Below are positions 1-13,561 of a stretch of DNA of 64,000 nucleotides, piece after piece. The translations under genes were made by a program, and so were the position numbers. The notes beneath the pieces were generated by a model. That model was given only the letters and a program-made list of their open reading frames with translations, was not told the DNA's origin and did no database searches. How positions within the stretch are numbered: position 1 is the first letter of the stretch; each line of letters starts with the position of its first letter. The DNA is from Octopus vulgaris (Eukaryota), in the NCBI GenBank assembly GCA_951406725.2, contig OX597827.1, positions 6,448,001 to 6,512,000 of the forward strand. The letters are read 5' to 3'.

Positions 1-65
1 GCAGCAGTAGCAGTAGCAGTAGCAGCAACAACAGCAGCAGTAGTAGTAGTAGCAGTAGTAGTAGT

Positions 66-127
<62 letters not shown>
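1..127. repeat. (CAG)n/(TAG)n compound trinucleotide microsatellite
   Basis: Directly visible GCA/GTA runs. Confidence 0.95.
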
Positions 128-2445
128 AGAAAAAAAAGATGTTTTGGATGGTGTTAAACAAATATAGTGGCAGTAACATTCAGAAATATAATGATATATT
201 ATTGGCCACCATGAATCAAAAAGAATAAAATAAAAGTAAATAATAATGACAATAACAACAATAATAATAATAAAGCGAAAATAAAAAAAAACAACAATAG
301 AAAACAATAACATTCTGACTTCTGAACAGTAATATTTAAAGCTCTGAAACCAAATTAAGCAAGCCCAAACTAATAATAGAATATTATCTCTCCCCCAAGC
401 AAAATCCAATATGTGACTTCTGTGGAAAAAAAAAAATATATATATATAATAAAAAATGTAAAAATGGGAAAATATATGAAATAAAATTTTTTTTCTGTTT
501 TTAAATGAAAGTATTATAGAAATTATTTTATATATATATAGTTATTATTTATGTATCTTTGATTTGCTTAAAAGACTCTGATAAACTGATTTAGAAATCA
601 AATAAGTATAATGTAATATTGGATTACTTTAAACGAGAACTAGATCCAAGCCTTTTCTTTTGTTTTTTGTTTCTTGTTTGCTATTTTTTTGTTTTGCTTT
701 TTTGGAAATGGAAAATATCTTCTATAGTTGAATGCTTTTCATTTGAATTTCTATGAATAATCCTTGAATGAAAACACTATAATTTCTCACTTCTACACTT
801 CTAACAACTGAAAACATTGGAGTCTCTCAGCATTATCAGGTGCTATGATTGTGCTGACAGTGGCGGAGAGATTAGAAACGGGGTATGAGATGACGAGAAA
901 GAGAGACAGAGACAGAGACATAAAGGAAATTTCTGGTTATGTGCATTGATTGAATATTTTTGTGGGTAACACAAGTATAGAGCGGGGTAGAGTAAATAGC
1001 CGAGAAAAGGTAGGAATGAAATGACAAAAGAAAAAAAATTTCAGAATAAAATTGAAGAATATAGAAAAATTTATTATAAAAATGTGAAAATAAAATATGA
1101 GTGCTAGAAAGAATTTAATAAAGAATTTAGATATATTGATTAAATATCCATTTGTGAGAGATTCTATACTGTAAAGTAAGTATGGAAAAATGTTTTTGTT
1201 GTGATGAACAAATGTATTTTTATATCAAGTTAATACCTAATGAAAGCAGTACCTCCAGCTCTAATTCTAAGAAAGTATTGACCCAAATGTAATGAATAAC
1301 AAATCTTGAAAATTGCACAAGACTTATGATTTAACTAAATCAATGACTAATCAATCATCAAGAAATTACACAGTAAAGTTTGTGAGTTTGGATAAGTTTG
1401 TGACGTAAGGAGAAGAGGAATGTAACATATTTGCATTCAATTCTTCTTCTAAGAGAGAATTTTTTAAAAAATATTTTTGTCTCTCTTTCTCTAACAAAAC
1501 ATCAAATTTCTTCCAAAATATCAGATTCCACATCTACTCATGGCATAAGTTTTTTTGTCTAAAACCACAAAATAACTTGGATAAAGTTTACCAAAAAAGA
1601 GCACAAACAGTTTCATGTGAATCTCTTTTACTCTTTTATTCTGTTATTAGTTCCAGTCATTGAACTGTGGCCATTCTGGGGCACAATTTTGAAGGGTTTA
1701 ACCAATTAAATCAACCAAGTATTTATCTTATTTCATTCTTGATATTTATTCTATCTTCCTTCATATTTCCAAATCACTCAGTTACAGGGAAATGAACAAA
1801 CAAATACTATTTGTCATGTGGTGTTTGTTTGAAAGAGAGAGTTGTAGACACACAGACATGCACACACCCACACACACGCACAAACACAGATATAATATAC
1901 ATGCTAGGTTGGTATGAGAAAGAGTATCCAGTCATAGAAACCATGCCAGAGCTGATACTCAAGACTGATGCAACCTATGCAAGCATGGAAAATGGACATT
2001 AAAAAAGGATGATGATGATGATGGTGGTTGTGGTGGTGGTGGTGGTAGTGGTGGTGGTGATGATGTTAAGGAGGAGGAGGAAAAGGTGGTTATGATGATA
2101 ATGATAATAATAATGGACTTCTGTATGGTTCCATCTACTAATTTCATATGCAAGGCTTTAGTCACTTCAGGGCTAAAGTAGAAGTCACTTGTCCAAGGTT
2201 CAGTGCAATCCAGTAGGATCAAACTACAAACCCCATAATTTCAAAGTAAACTTCGTAACACACGCTTATGCAGACCTCTGTGTGTTAGTGTTCTTGTTAC
2301 CACTTTGATTGATCAGCCTGAGATTAAAGATTAACAATGGTTAAAGAAGATTAAAAAGTTAATTTGGTGTTTGAATTTTCACAGACTAAAGTGGTATGAA
2401 TAAGTGGCATAGAAAGGAACTAAAATGGGATTCTGTTTTTTACAG

Positions 2446-2488
2446 GGTCAAACACTGGGAAGAATTTTAATGCTAATTCTTTGGCCAG
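2446..2488 (+). other. Candidate 43-nt spliced exon
   Basis: Acceptor ttctgttttttacag, ACTAA branch-like motif at ~2419, donor CAG|gtaaga. Two frames are open (GQTLGRILMLILWP or SNTGKNFNANSLA). No homology recognised. Confidence 0.3.
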
Positions 2489-2494
2489 GTAAGA

Positions 2495-2950
2495 ATTTCA
2501 AATTTTGGCACAATGTCAGCAATTGGGGGTGGGGAAACAGGGGAAATCGATTACTACACCCCCAGTGATGAACTGGTGCTTATTTTATCAAGCCTGAAAG
2601 GACAAAAGGCAAAGTCAACCTCAGTGTCATTTGAACTCAGAATGTAGAGAGCCAGAAGAAATGCTGCTAAGCATTTTGTCCAACATGCTAACAGTTCTGC
2701 CAGCTCACCATTCTACTTCTAACAAATAATAATATTGGTTTCAAATTTTGGCACAAGGCCACCAATTTCAGGGGAGGACCTAGGTCAGTTAAATTGATCC
2801 CAGTGCTCAAAAGGTATTTATTTTATCGAAATGGATAGAAGAAAGGCAAAGTTAACCTCAGTGGAATTTGGACTCAGAATGTAAAGATGGATGACACACT
2901 GCTAAGCATTTCGCCCAGGATGCTAACAATTCTTCCAGATCATCACCATC
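2495..2950 (-). mobile_element. Two tandem diverged family B SINEs (tail type 2)
   Basis: Both copies have the ggtgagctggcag-type head and the gactttgcctttcatcc...gataaa core on the minus strand, with ttgtgccaaaatttgaaa-type tails. Confidence 0.75.
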
Positions 2951-3258
2951 AACCAAATAATAATAATAACAATAATGTTACCCACAATAAGTAGGTACGT
3001 GCTTGTCCAGAGTAATTGTAAGGTCAAAGTGAACCTTTCAAATATACGACTGGGATCAGGAATGAAAATTTCTTACCAGAATATTGTCCAATTGGTGGCA
3101 GGGATGGGGTTTAAAGAAATCATGAATGTTCAAAGGTCTTGAAATTAAATTAAACAGAGTAAAATGTGTTAAAGTAAAAATACTAATACTAATGATAATT
3201 AATTATTAAAGCAATGAGTACAGTAGAGAAGAGCAAGAACACAAACATTTGTGTTCTT

Positions 3259-3680
3259 GGCACAGGAGTGGCTGTGTGGTAAGTAGCTTGTTTACCAACC
3301 ACATGGGTCCGGGTTCAGTCCCACTGCGTGGCACCTTGAGCAAGTGTCTTCTACTATAGCCCCGGGCTGACCAATGCCTTGTGAGTGGATTTGGTAGACG
3401 GAAACTGAAAGAAGCCCGTCGTATATATGTATATATATATATGTATGTGTGTGTATATGTTTGCATGTCTGTGTTTGTCCCCCCAAAATCGCTTGACAAC
3501 CGATGCTGATGTGTTTGTGTCCCCGTAACTTAGCGGTTCGGTAAAAGGAACCTGATAAAATAAGTACTAGGCTTACAAAGAGTAAGTCCTGGGGTCGATT
3601 TGCTCGACTAAAGGCGGTGCTCCAGCATGGCCGCAGTCAAATGACTGAAACATGTAAAAGAGTAAAAGAGTAAAAGTGAG
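3259..3680 (+). mobile_element. Family A tRNA-derived SINE (CORE-like), full length
   Basis: Pol III A box TGGCTGTGTGG, B box GGTTCAGTCCC, CORE-like ggcaccttgagcaagtgtctt, internal (TA)/(TG) tract and (AGTAAAAG)n tail. More than 15 homologous copies lie in the window. Confidence 0.92.
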
Positions 3681-5083
3681 TAATGATAATTAATTATTAA
3701 AGCAATGAGTACAATAAAGAAGAGTAAGAACACAGACATTTAAACTATACTAGTGTTCACAATTCTACACACAAAATCCCCAAAATAGCCCTGCTAGACA
3801 TAATGCATATCCTGTGCAAAATTCTTTCAATTCAATAATACATCCTTACATGATACCGGTTATTAATGAGTGTAATTTTTTTTATGTTTCCTTGACCTTT
3901 TCAATTGTGTTTAAATGTTGAGAAATTTATTCCAATTAAAATTTAACGATTCTTTATCCAAAGAACTGTTTAACTCAGTGTGATATCTAGCATTGATAAA
4001 ATTATTCCTTGGATTTTATGGCAGGAAATATTTAATAAAAAGCAAAAATGTAAAGGGTAAATAGAGGAACCAATCAATTGGAAATAAAGTGAATTAATTC
4101 TAGACCTTTCAAAGAATCCTCCAACATAAACTTTAAATTTCAGACAAAATTTAACTTTATCGTTAACAATTTTATCACAAATAAAATTATCATCATTATT
4201 GAATCACTTAGTTTTAGGCCCAATGGTTCAACCTAATGAGCATATTACTTCACTTCAATTATTTTTCTCTATAGTTAATTACTGTCTATGTTTAATTTCT
4301 TATCTTACACCATATCACTTTTGGTTCCCAACCTTTGATCATGATGCAGTTCCTTTCTACTCTATTTTTCTCTCTCTTTCTCTCCCTCCTCACTTTCTCC
4401 TCTCTCTCTCTCTCTCCCATCTTCTCCCTCTCTCTGTGTCTTTCACTTACTCTTTCTCTCTGGGTGACCTCAATAGTATAGGGGGCACAGAAAAAGAACC
4501 CAGTCCATGCTGTGAAGTGGTTGCTGTTAGGAAGGGCATCCAGCTGTAAAAACCATGCCAAAGCAGACATTGGAGTTCAATGCAGTCCACGGACACACCA
4601 GTTCCTGTCAAACTGTGCAACCCCTGCCAGCACAGAACATGGACATTGACTAATAATGATGACAATGACCGTGGTGGTGGTGGTGGTGGTAGTGAGACAC
4701 CATTTCTGTTGGTCAGAATTGATTCTGTATGTACAAGCCTGGACAAACTTATCATTTTTCTGTTTAAGATTATTAGTTTTCCATACCTGCAAGTTTTCTC
4801 ACTCCATTCCCGTACTGAAGTACCTGAAACTTTCAAACCATTCCTTAAAAATTTTCTTTATCAGTGAACAGCAGGGTATGATCTGTGACAAACAGTTCTC
4901 AGCCAGAAGATGCTTTCTCAGCCAATTACAAAACCCATAAATAAACAATCCTCTTCTGTTTCCTTATATTTTAGCTATGGATTTATTTATCTATTAATGT
5001 ATTTATCTTTTATATTTTAATTGTTTCAGTCATCGGACTGTGGACTGCAGTCATACTGGAGAATCACCTTGAAGGGTTTAGAC

Positions 5084-5400
5084 AGGTTCTCCAACGTTTT
5101 GGGCCACCACCCCACTCATGGCCACATGATACCCCAGTGCCCCACCCCTATTTTTATGTATGAATAAATATTTTCTATTTTACAAATTTATATATATAAA
5201 ATAAATCATTTGATATTTAATATAATATTATATAATTTGTATACAATACTATAATAATATGATAAATTCATACCGTCCCCCAATCCACTGCCTTCCTCCC
5301 AACACCTTCCTTTTCTCTACTGCCCCCTTAGGCACTGGTACTCACCTGGACCGTCTCAACACTCACCAGGGGTCAGTAGCATCCACTTTGAGAACCTATA
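5084..5400. mobile_element. hAT/Charlie-like MITE inserted in an old family A SINE
   Basis: Ends ggttctc...gagaacc, with an 8-bp near-TSD gtttagac (5076-5083) / gtatagac (5401-5408) with central TA. Confidence 0.6.
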
Positions 5401-5951
5401 GTATAGACAAACAAATTAACCTTTATACTAATTTTTTTAGTCAGGTACTTTTCTATTGGTTTCCTTTGCTAAGTTATGGGAAGGTAAATGAATCAACATT
5501 TGTCAAACAATGCAGCAATATGGATACACACGCACACACACACACACACACAGTGTTCATATTTCTGTATAGTTAACTTAAGATTTTTAATACCAGCTTG
5601 CTTCAAACTGCTTCTGGTTCTATGATACAAGTTTCATGATTTAAAACAGTGAAAATTTAAATCTTTCATCAAAATTTCATTTTTATTTATATTGTAGCTT
5701 ATAATTTACATTCCAATTTAACAATGACAATGTAATTTTACCAAATTCTTCATTACATTGGAAATTAATTGAAACAATGACAGCATTTTTCAGTACAAAT
5801 ATGGTAAAATGATTGATTTAACACTATCGCTTGGCTCACGGATTCCTTGTCTGGAATCTACTCTGTTTTAAGTATTTGGGCCTGGTCTTCCTCCCACTGG
5901 TTTGTAAAGGATCATGAGGGCTACTTTTCTATTTCTGATTAAGTCATTACA

Positions 5952-6573
5952 CCTTTTGTTACCATATTTCCGTTGAAATACACTGCCATTTTTTCAATTA
6001 ATTTTTCAACCTTTTTGAGATGCACAATGTTTTGGTGTGTGTAGCCAAAGACCAAAGGCGTTTTCTGTTGAGATTGAAATTGATGGGCACATGTAGAAAA
6101 CAAAGAATAAAGGGCTGAAACTACTTTATTATACATTATGAACGCTTATAAACATACGAAGGCTTATACATCTATCACAATAAGAAAACCTAAAATAACA
6201 CAATACATTTAAATAAATAAAATAATAAGCATAAATGTTCCTGTGACAACCGGAAATATATTGACTGAAAGGTGATATCTGATTGGCTATAAAACTTAAA
6301 AACCAACCATTCATAACATTTGTTTCCCTGGGCTGGTAGATCGGTTTCAAAGTCCTTTCAGCTTGTATCATTTTTGACCAATCAATTGGCCCAGGTGTCC
6401 CAAGAGGGTTAAGGTAATAAATAATTTAATAAAATAACTTTGTCATAATTAAGTTGTTTGGAACAAATATTTAACATGAAATTTTGAGAGGTTCTCATTA
6501 AGACTACTTTAAAACAGGAAGTTTTTAGCGTAGAACTCTGTGATGTCTCAGGCAGGCTCATATCAAAAGGGTT
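5952..6573. mobile_element. Old TTAA MITE (family of 29384/62635) interrupted by a second TTAA element at ~6010-6408
   Basis: The outer halves align with the 62635 copy. The inner element ends gtgtcccaagagggttaa and has a decayed left TIR tcaacctttttgagatgc. Confidence 0.55.
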
Positions 6574-7967
6574 CAAAACAACACCTAATGACAGAATTAT
6601 TAATGAAATAATTGTTTCTAATATAGGTGGTGGCACAAGACCTAAAATTTGGGGCTTGAGAATTAGTAAATTTTATTGACCTAATTAGTTGGCTGGTACT
6701 TAGTTTTATCAAATCCAGAAGAATGAAATGTAAAGCTGATCTCAACAAGATTTGAACCCAAAATGTAATGGGCTAAAACACATACTGCAAGAAATTTTCT
6801 TTGCTAATATCTCTTACAATTCTACCAATTCATTACCCCTTGTCTTTAATTAAATAAACAACAAGAAAAATTTATTAATTGTTTAACTTTAATTTTTACT
6901 GGAGAAATAGAAATGTAGATATAAATGTTATTTAAAGGAAAAAAAAATTCTTGAGACAGATGAATATTTTCGTCTGCAAAGGCATGGCTTTGTTATTTGA
7001 AGCATGATGTGTCATTTTTAGAAATTATTCTGATTTAAGTGTGTACATGGTTATATTCAAAAGCAGAACCGTCTCTACTGACATTTGCTTTGAAGTACTT
7101 AAATATTTATAGAGGACAGGCTTTCACTGGCTTTTATCAATAACGATGAGGGTTATGGCTAAGAGTTCTGTTTGTAATTCACACATCTTCCAATGTTATT
7201 TAATATCATACTTGACCCAATTTTGGTTTACGAGTGTGACTTAACCTTATACGTTCTGCCAGCTTGTCTTTGTTAACCGAGTGGAGATGATCACTTATAT
7301 CTAAATAGAATTCATTATATCAACAAAGGCTAACCTATCTGAATAGTGTTTGCTGAAACAAAAACAGCAACAATAACAACAACTACAACAACAAAGAGAA
7401 CAACACTGTCAATAACATGAATTGATTTTTGCCAGTTATGTGTGTCCACTTCAATAGCAACTCAAGTGTAAATTATTATAACAGCCATATAAGCTGACTG
7501 GCATTAATTAACTTAACTATAATAGCAGCATCAGCAACAACAATAGAGACAAAATCTCGAAACAGCAGAGTCATCTGCCAGAAACAGTAACCAAATCTAC
7601 CTCAAATGGAAGGACATGTTGAATTATTCAATTTACTTTCTTTTATTTCAGTTCAATGCTGTACAATACATTTGTACATCCTTGGGCAGTTTTGGTTGCT
7701 CATCTGTTTCATTAGAAGGGCTACATAGTCCAGAGAAAGGGGTATTATGACTAGTTTCCACTGACCCTTTTCATAACAAGACTTAAACAATTGCCAGAGA
7801 GAGAAAGGGGAAGATAAGTGAGAGAAAGGGGGTTGGGGGAAAAGAGAAGGAGAAAGAAAAAGAATCTACCTCCAACCATCCACAAGTATTTCACTAGTAC
7901 TTTATTTATTGACCATGTAAGTATACAAAAGCAAAGTTGACTCTGCTGGGATCTGATCTCAGAATCT

Positions 7968-8363
7968 TTTCTACTCTAGGAACAAGGTGTCCAAAATTTT
8001 CAGGGAGACAGCCAGTCGATTAGATCAACCCCAGTACGCAACTTGTACTCAATTTATCGACCCCAAAAGGATGAAAGACAAAGTCGACCTCGGCGGAATT
8101 TGAACTCAGAACGTAAAGACAGACGAAATACCTATTTCTTTACTACCCACAAGGGGCTAAACACAGAGAGGACAAACAAGGACAGACAAACGGATTAAGT
8201 CGATTATATCGACACCAGTGTGTAACTGGTACTTAATTTATCAACTCCGAAAGGATGAAAGGCAAAGTCGACCTTGGCGGAATTTGAACTCAGAACGTAA
8301 TGGCAGACGAAATACCGATAAGCATTTCACCCGGCGTACTAACATTTCTGCCAGCTCACTGCC
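7968..8363 (-). mobile_element. Family B SINE (tail 1) nested in a family B SINE (tail 2)
   Basis: The core is duplicated and cagacgaaatacc is repeated at 8120-8132 and 8304-8316. The core resembles the MetaSINE-type domain (from memory). Confidence 0.85.
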
Positions 8364-8554
8364 TTCATCTGAGAATGCAATACAAAGGACCAGAATAATT
8401 ACTGTCAGGTACTTGTCTGATGTTCTATTGATTCTGATTCTATCAACTGAGCTCAACTCTTACTTCATATTAGCAATCCTGGAATAATAAAAAAAGGAAA
8501 ATCAAAGCTTACATTGATGAGTTTCAAAATTAGAATCATAAGTGGTATAAAAGA

Positions 8555-8875
8555 AAAACGATGGTTATGGTGATGGTGCTGGTGCTGGTGGTGACGGCGG
8601 CAGCAGTGGTGTTGATAGTGGTGGTGGCAGCAGCGATGGTGGTGGTGACAATGGTGGTGGTGGGGGTGGCAGTGGCGGTGGTGGTGACAGTGGCAGTGGG
8701 GAGTGGTGTTGGTGATAGTGAAGGTAGTAATGGTTATGATGAGGACGATGACAACAACAAAGATAATAAGGATAATGATGATGCGAACAACAGCACTTGT
8801 TTTATTATTGAAGATGATAATGATGATGGTGGTGGTGGTGGTGGTGGTGGTGGTGGTGGTGATAATGAGAATAAT
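8555..8875. repeat. Degenerate (GGT)/(GAT) trinucleotide low-complexity tract
   Basis: Directly visible. It generates the spurious poly-V/G/T/H ORFs. Confidence 0.9.
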
Positions 8876-8973
8876 CAGAAGGAAAATTTTATCATACCTT
8901 TCAATGAATAAAAATGGTAAAATTATTTCGAGCACAAAATAACAGTACTCAATGACCACAATATGGGAAAGAC

Positions 8974-9584
8974 TTACTCTTTTGCTTGTTTCAATCATTT
9001 GACTGTGGCCATGCTGGAGCACCGTCTTTAGTTGAGCAAATTGACCCCAGGACTTAGTCTTTGTAAGCCTAGTACTTATTCTATCGGTTTCTTTTTCCAA
9101 ACCACTAAGTTACAGGGATGTAAACACACCAGCATCGGTTGTCAAGCAATGTTGGGGGGACAAACACTGACACACAAACATACACACACACATACACACA
9201 TATATATATACATATATACAATGGGCTTCTTTCAGTTTCCGTATACCAAATCCACTCACAAGGCTTTGGTCGGCTCTAGGCTATAGTAGAAGGCACTTGC
9301 CCAAGGTGCCACGCAGTGGGACTGAACCCGGAATCATGTGGTTGGTAAGCAAGCTACTTACCACACAGACACACCTGAGCCTATATATATATATATATAT
9401 GCACATATATATACATATATACAATGGGCTTCTTTCAGTTTCCGTCTACCAAATCCACTCACAAGGCTTTGGTCGACCTAAGGCTATAGTAGAAAGCACT
9501 TGCCCAAGATGCCAAGCAGTGGGACTGAACCCGGAATCATGTGGTTGGTAAGCAAGATACTTACCACACAGCCACTCCTACACC
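8974..9584 (-). mobile_element. Family A SINE with duplicated 5' half
   Basis: One tail and two tRNA-head modules separated by (TA)n. Confidence 0.9.
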
Positions 9585-9910
9585 TTATACGCCACTTATA
9601 GAATAAAAAATTCAAACACAACTATTGTAGTACACAACTTAAAGCTGTAGAAACATTAATAAATTACGAAGTATTTTTCACTACTTACAGCATTTCACTG
9701 AATCACTTCATAGTAACTATTGCAGTTGTCTTTGATCATCCTTAATTGACCATCATTGATAAAACACATTCCATGTGGATGGTCATGTATGATATGATTT
9801 GAGGGAGATTTAGCTGTTATTTTTAACAGGCTGCATTATATCATAAGCTTCTTCATTGATTTCTGAGATTTCTGGTTAAGGGGTTAACCATGATCTTCGT
9901 CACTTTTTAA

Positions 9911-10543
9911 CTCTCTTTTACTCTTTTACTCTTTTACTTGTTTCAATCATTTGACTGTGGCCATGCTGGAGCACCGCCTTTAGTCGAGCAAATCGACCCC
10001 GGGACTTATTCTTTGTAAGCCCAGTACTTATTCTATCGGTCTCTTTTGCCAAACCGCTAAGTAACGGGGACTTAAACACACCAGTATCGGTTGTCAAGCG
10101 ATGTTGGGTGGGGGGGGCAAACACAGACACACAAACACACACATGCATATATATATATATATATATACATATATAACATGGGCTTCTTTCAGTTTCCGTC
10201 TACCAAGTCCTATCACAAGGCTTTGGTCGACCTGAGGCTATAGTAGAAGGCACTTGCCCAAGGTGCCGCACAGTGGGACTGAACCCAGAACCATGTGGTT
10301 GGTAAGCAAGCTACTTACCACACAGACACACCTGAGTCTATATATATATATATATATATACACATATATATACATATATACAATGGGCTTCTTTCAGTTT
10401 CCGTCTACCAAGTCCACTCACAAGGCTTTGGTCGACCTGAGGCTATAGTAAAAGGCACTTGCCCAAGGTGCCGCACAGTGGGACTGAACCCAGAACCATG
10501 TGGTTGGTAAACAAGCTACTTACCACACAGCCACTCCTGCGCC
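9911..10543 (-). mobile_element. Family A SINE with duplicated 5' half
   Basis: Same double-head architecture as 8974-9584. Confidence 0.9.
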
Positions 10544-11184
10544 TTAAATTATTAGATGTCACACAAAGTGTGAAAATGTCTTTTATTGTACGGTTAGCTG
10601 ACACAGTCTGCATTATTTCATTTACCAAATCCTTGTTCCACACAAAAGAGCTGTTAAAAGGAACCACCTCTTCTACTATTGGTTTGACTTGCTATGATTG
10701 ACAAAACACATTGGTTGTTTAGTTTATAAGAAGGTTATTGAAATTTGAGAGATATTTTTGTGATTAAAGGAGAGGATATGCTTGTGGTTTGCTTATTAAG
10801 ATTATTAGGCATGGTTAAGTCATATTTTAGGATGCAAAAACAATCTGAAAGCAAGATGTGAAAGCAATGAAACTAAAAATCAGTAGTGACAGCCATAACG
10901 TAGAAAAGAAAGGAAAGTAAAATACATATTTCATTAATGCATTTTAAATAATAATACCCACCCTGATCACAGGCAGCCATGTTTATTGTACCTGTAGGTA
11001 CTGCAGATAAAGCAGCTGAAGTTCACTGTTATAAAATAATATTTCTAGCAACAAATGCAACACAACAGAAAAAGGTATTCTGTAGCTTGTGACTCAGTGC
11101 ATGCAAGGGAACACAAATCAATACAGAAGCTTCTAATATTACTCAATCTTTTAGAAATAGTAACCAAATCTACCCCCAAAACTG

Positions 11185-11337
11185 TTCTTTTATTCTTTTA
11201 CTTGTTTCAGTAATTTTAGTTGAAAAAATTGACCCAGGGACTTATTCTTTGTAAATCTGGTACTTATTTTAAGCAACTGTTGTCAAGTGACAGAGGGGTA
11301 GTGGTAGTCAAACACAGACACAAATACACAAATATAT

Positions 11338-11387
<50 letters not shown>

Positions 11388-11960
11388 TCATCATCATCAT
11401 CATCACCATCGTTGTTTAACGTCTGTTTCCATGCTGGCATGGGTTGGACAGTTTGACTGAGGACTGACAAGCCAGAAGGCTGTACTGGGCTCCAATTTGA
11501 TCTGGCAAGGTTTCTACAACTGGACGCCCTTAATAATGCCAACCACTCCAAGAGGGCCAGTCAGGCAGTACTAGCACAGGAGCTGTCTTACCAGAAATAT
11601 AGCATCAGTGGTGCTTTTCCCTGGCACAAACCCAAACTGCATCTCCTCTAAACTAACTCTCTCCCTAATTAGTTGGGCTATGACCCTCTCCATGACTTTC
11701 ATTACCTGATCCAACAACTTGATACCTCTTTAATTGTTTGAATCTAATGCATCACCTTTACCTTTGTAGCAGTTGACTATGGCGCTGCTACACCAGTCAT
11801 TGGTGCTGCTACACCAGTCAGATATATACGATAGGCTTCTGTCAGTTTCCGTCCACCAAATCCACTCACAAGGCTTTAGTCAGCCTGAGGCTATAGTAGA
11901 AGACACTTTCTCAAGGTGTCATGCAGTGGGACTGAACCCAGAACCATGTAGATGAGAAAC
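11185..11960 (-). mobile_element. Family A SINE interrupted at its (TA)n by an RTE 3' UTR fragment (~11387-11570) and other DNA
   Basis: SINE tail at 11185-11385 and head at 11822-11960. The insert ends in a (GAT)n tail on the minus strand. Confidence 0.75.
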
Positions 11961-12086
11961 AAGAAAGAGGTGGGAGGTCTTCATCTGAAATACCTTTCAT
12001 CATAAAAATGCTCAATTAAATGGTTCGGTAAAATGCTGCGAGTAATGAAAACGGTGCTTAATTTATCTATATTTCTACAGTTTTAA

Positions 12087-12231
12087 CCCTTCAGCATTTA
12101 AACTGACCATATCTGACCAAAATATTCTGCCTGTTTTATGTTCAAACTGGCCAGATCCAACATCTCACGCCTACCCTACAATGTCATTTTTAAAATAAAC
12201 AATCACATCATCAAAATCTCAAAGCTACAAG
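12087..12231 (-). mobile_element. Partial TTAA MITE (family of 56481-56700)
   Basis: TTAA-CCCTT terminus. It is the reverse complement of the right part of the 56481 element and is truncated by a SINE. Confidence 0.75.
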
Positions 12232-12232
12232 T

Positions 12233-12604
12233 TACTCTCTCTCTTTTCTCTTTTACTTGTTTCAGTCATTTGACTAAATGACTGATTTAGTCAAGCAAAT
12301 CAATCCCAGGACTTATTCTTTATAAGCCTAGTACCTATTCCATCGGTCCCTTTTGCCAAACCACTAAGTTACGGGGACGTAATCACACCAGCATTGGTTG
12401 TCAAGCGATGTTGGGGGGACAAACACAGACACACGAACACAGACACATATATATATATACATATACATATATATGATGGGCTTCATTCAGTTTCCGTCTA
12501 CCAAATCTACTCACAAGGCTTTGGTCGGCCTGAGGTTATAGTAGAAGACACTTGCCCAAAATGCCACGCAGTGGGACTGAACCCGGAACCATGTGGTTGG
12601 TAAG
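12233..12604 (-). mobile_element. Family A SINE, 5' end missing
   Basis: Homology to the other family A copies. Confidence 0.88.
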
Positions 12605-12756
12605 TTAATAGTGATTTTATTCAACACTTATTCACATACTTATTGCAGTGGTCCTTCGGTTTTTCTAGGCCCTGTGAAAGAAATCGGAAGGTTAGGCCTT
12701 GAGCCAGGCCTTTCGTGATCCCTTTAAAACCAGGAACTTTTCAACACCCTCTTGTA
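12604..12756. mobile_element. Right half of a mariner-type MITE (family of 48240-48439)
   Basis: Ends aaaaccaggaacttttcaacaccctcttgta and aligns with 48289-48439. Confidence 0.65.
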
Positions 12757-13224
12757 GATGTGGATAAGAGAATGCTCACAGACAGTGCCATTGTATTACA
12801 AGAGAATAGGAATCCGTTCTTTCTGCACAAACCCATATAAGGAGACAAGTTCAGCAATTGTGAATGCATATTTTTAAATTTAATTTGTTCTGTGAATGAA
12901 AATTATATTTAATTTAAAAATATATGTATTTCTCATCTTACCCAGAGATATCAAATAAGCTTCATTTCTTCATTTTTTTGTTGTTTTTTCGTGCATTTTT
13001 CTATTATTTTTATTTCTTTTTTTATTATACTGTTGTCACTTCTGGTTTTTTCACTTTTATTTCTTTCATGTTTTATTATTTTCACTGTTTCTTTTTTTTT
13101 TGCGTCTTATAATAAAATTTAACCTGGAATTTGGAAATCATTCATTCCTGGCAAAAAAAAAAAAAAAAGAAAAAATTCTTGCTACAAAATTACTTCGTGA
13201 ATACTGTTTCTCAGTAACATCCTT

Positions 13225-13256
13225 CACCACCACACCAACAACAATAACAACAACAC

Positions 13257-13292
<36 letters not shown>

Positions 13293-13529
13293 CATCCTCA
13301 TCATCATCATCGCCACCACCACCACCACCACACCAAGAACAATAACAACAACACCATCGTCATCGTCGTCATCATCATCATCATCATCCTCATCATCATC
13401 ATCATCACCACCACCACCACCGCCACCACCACCACACCAACAACAATAACAGCAACACCATCGTCATCATAATCATCATCATCATCATCACCACCACCAC
13501 CACCAACAACGATAACAACAACACCATCG

Positions 13530-13561
<32 letters not shown>

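Noticed and set aside
8465-9100. 211-aa His/Thr-rich ORF
   Set aside because: It is built from a SINE tail plus trinucleotide repeats.
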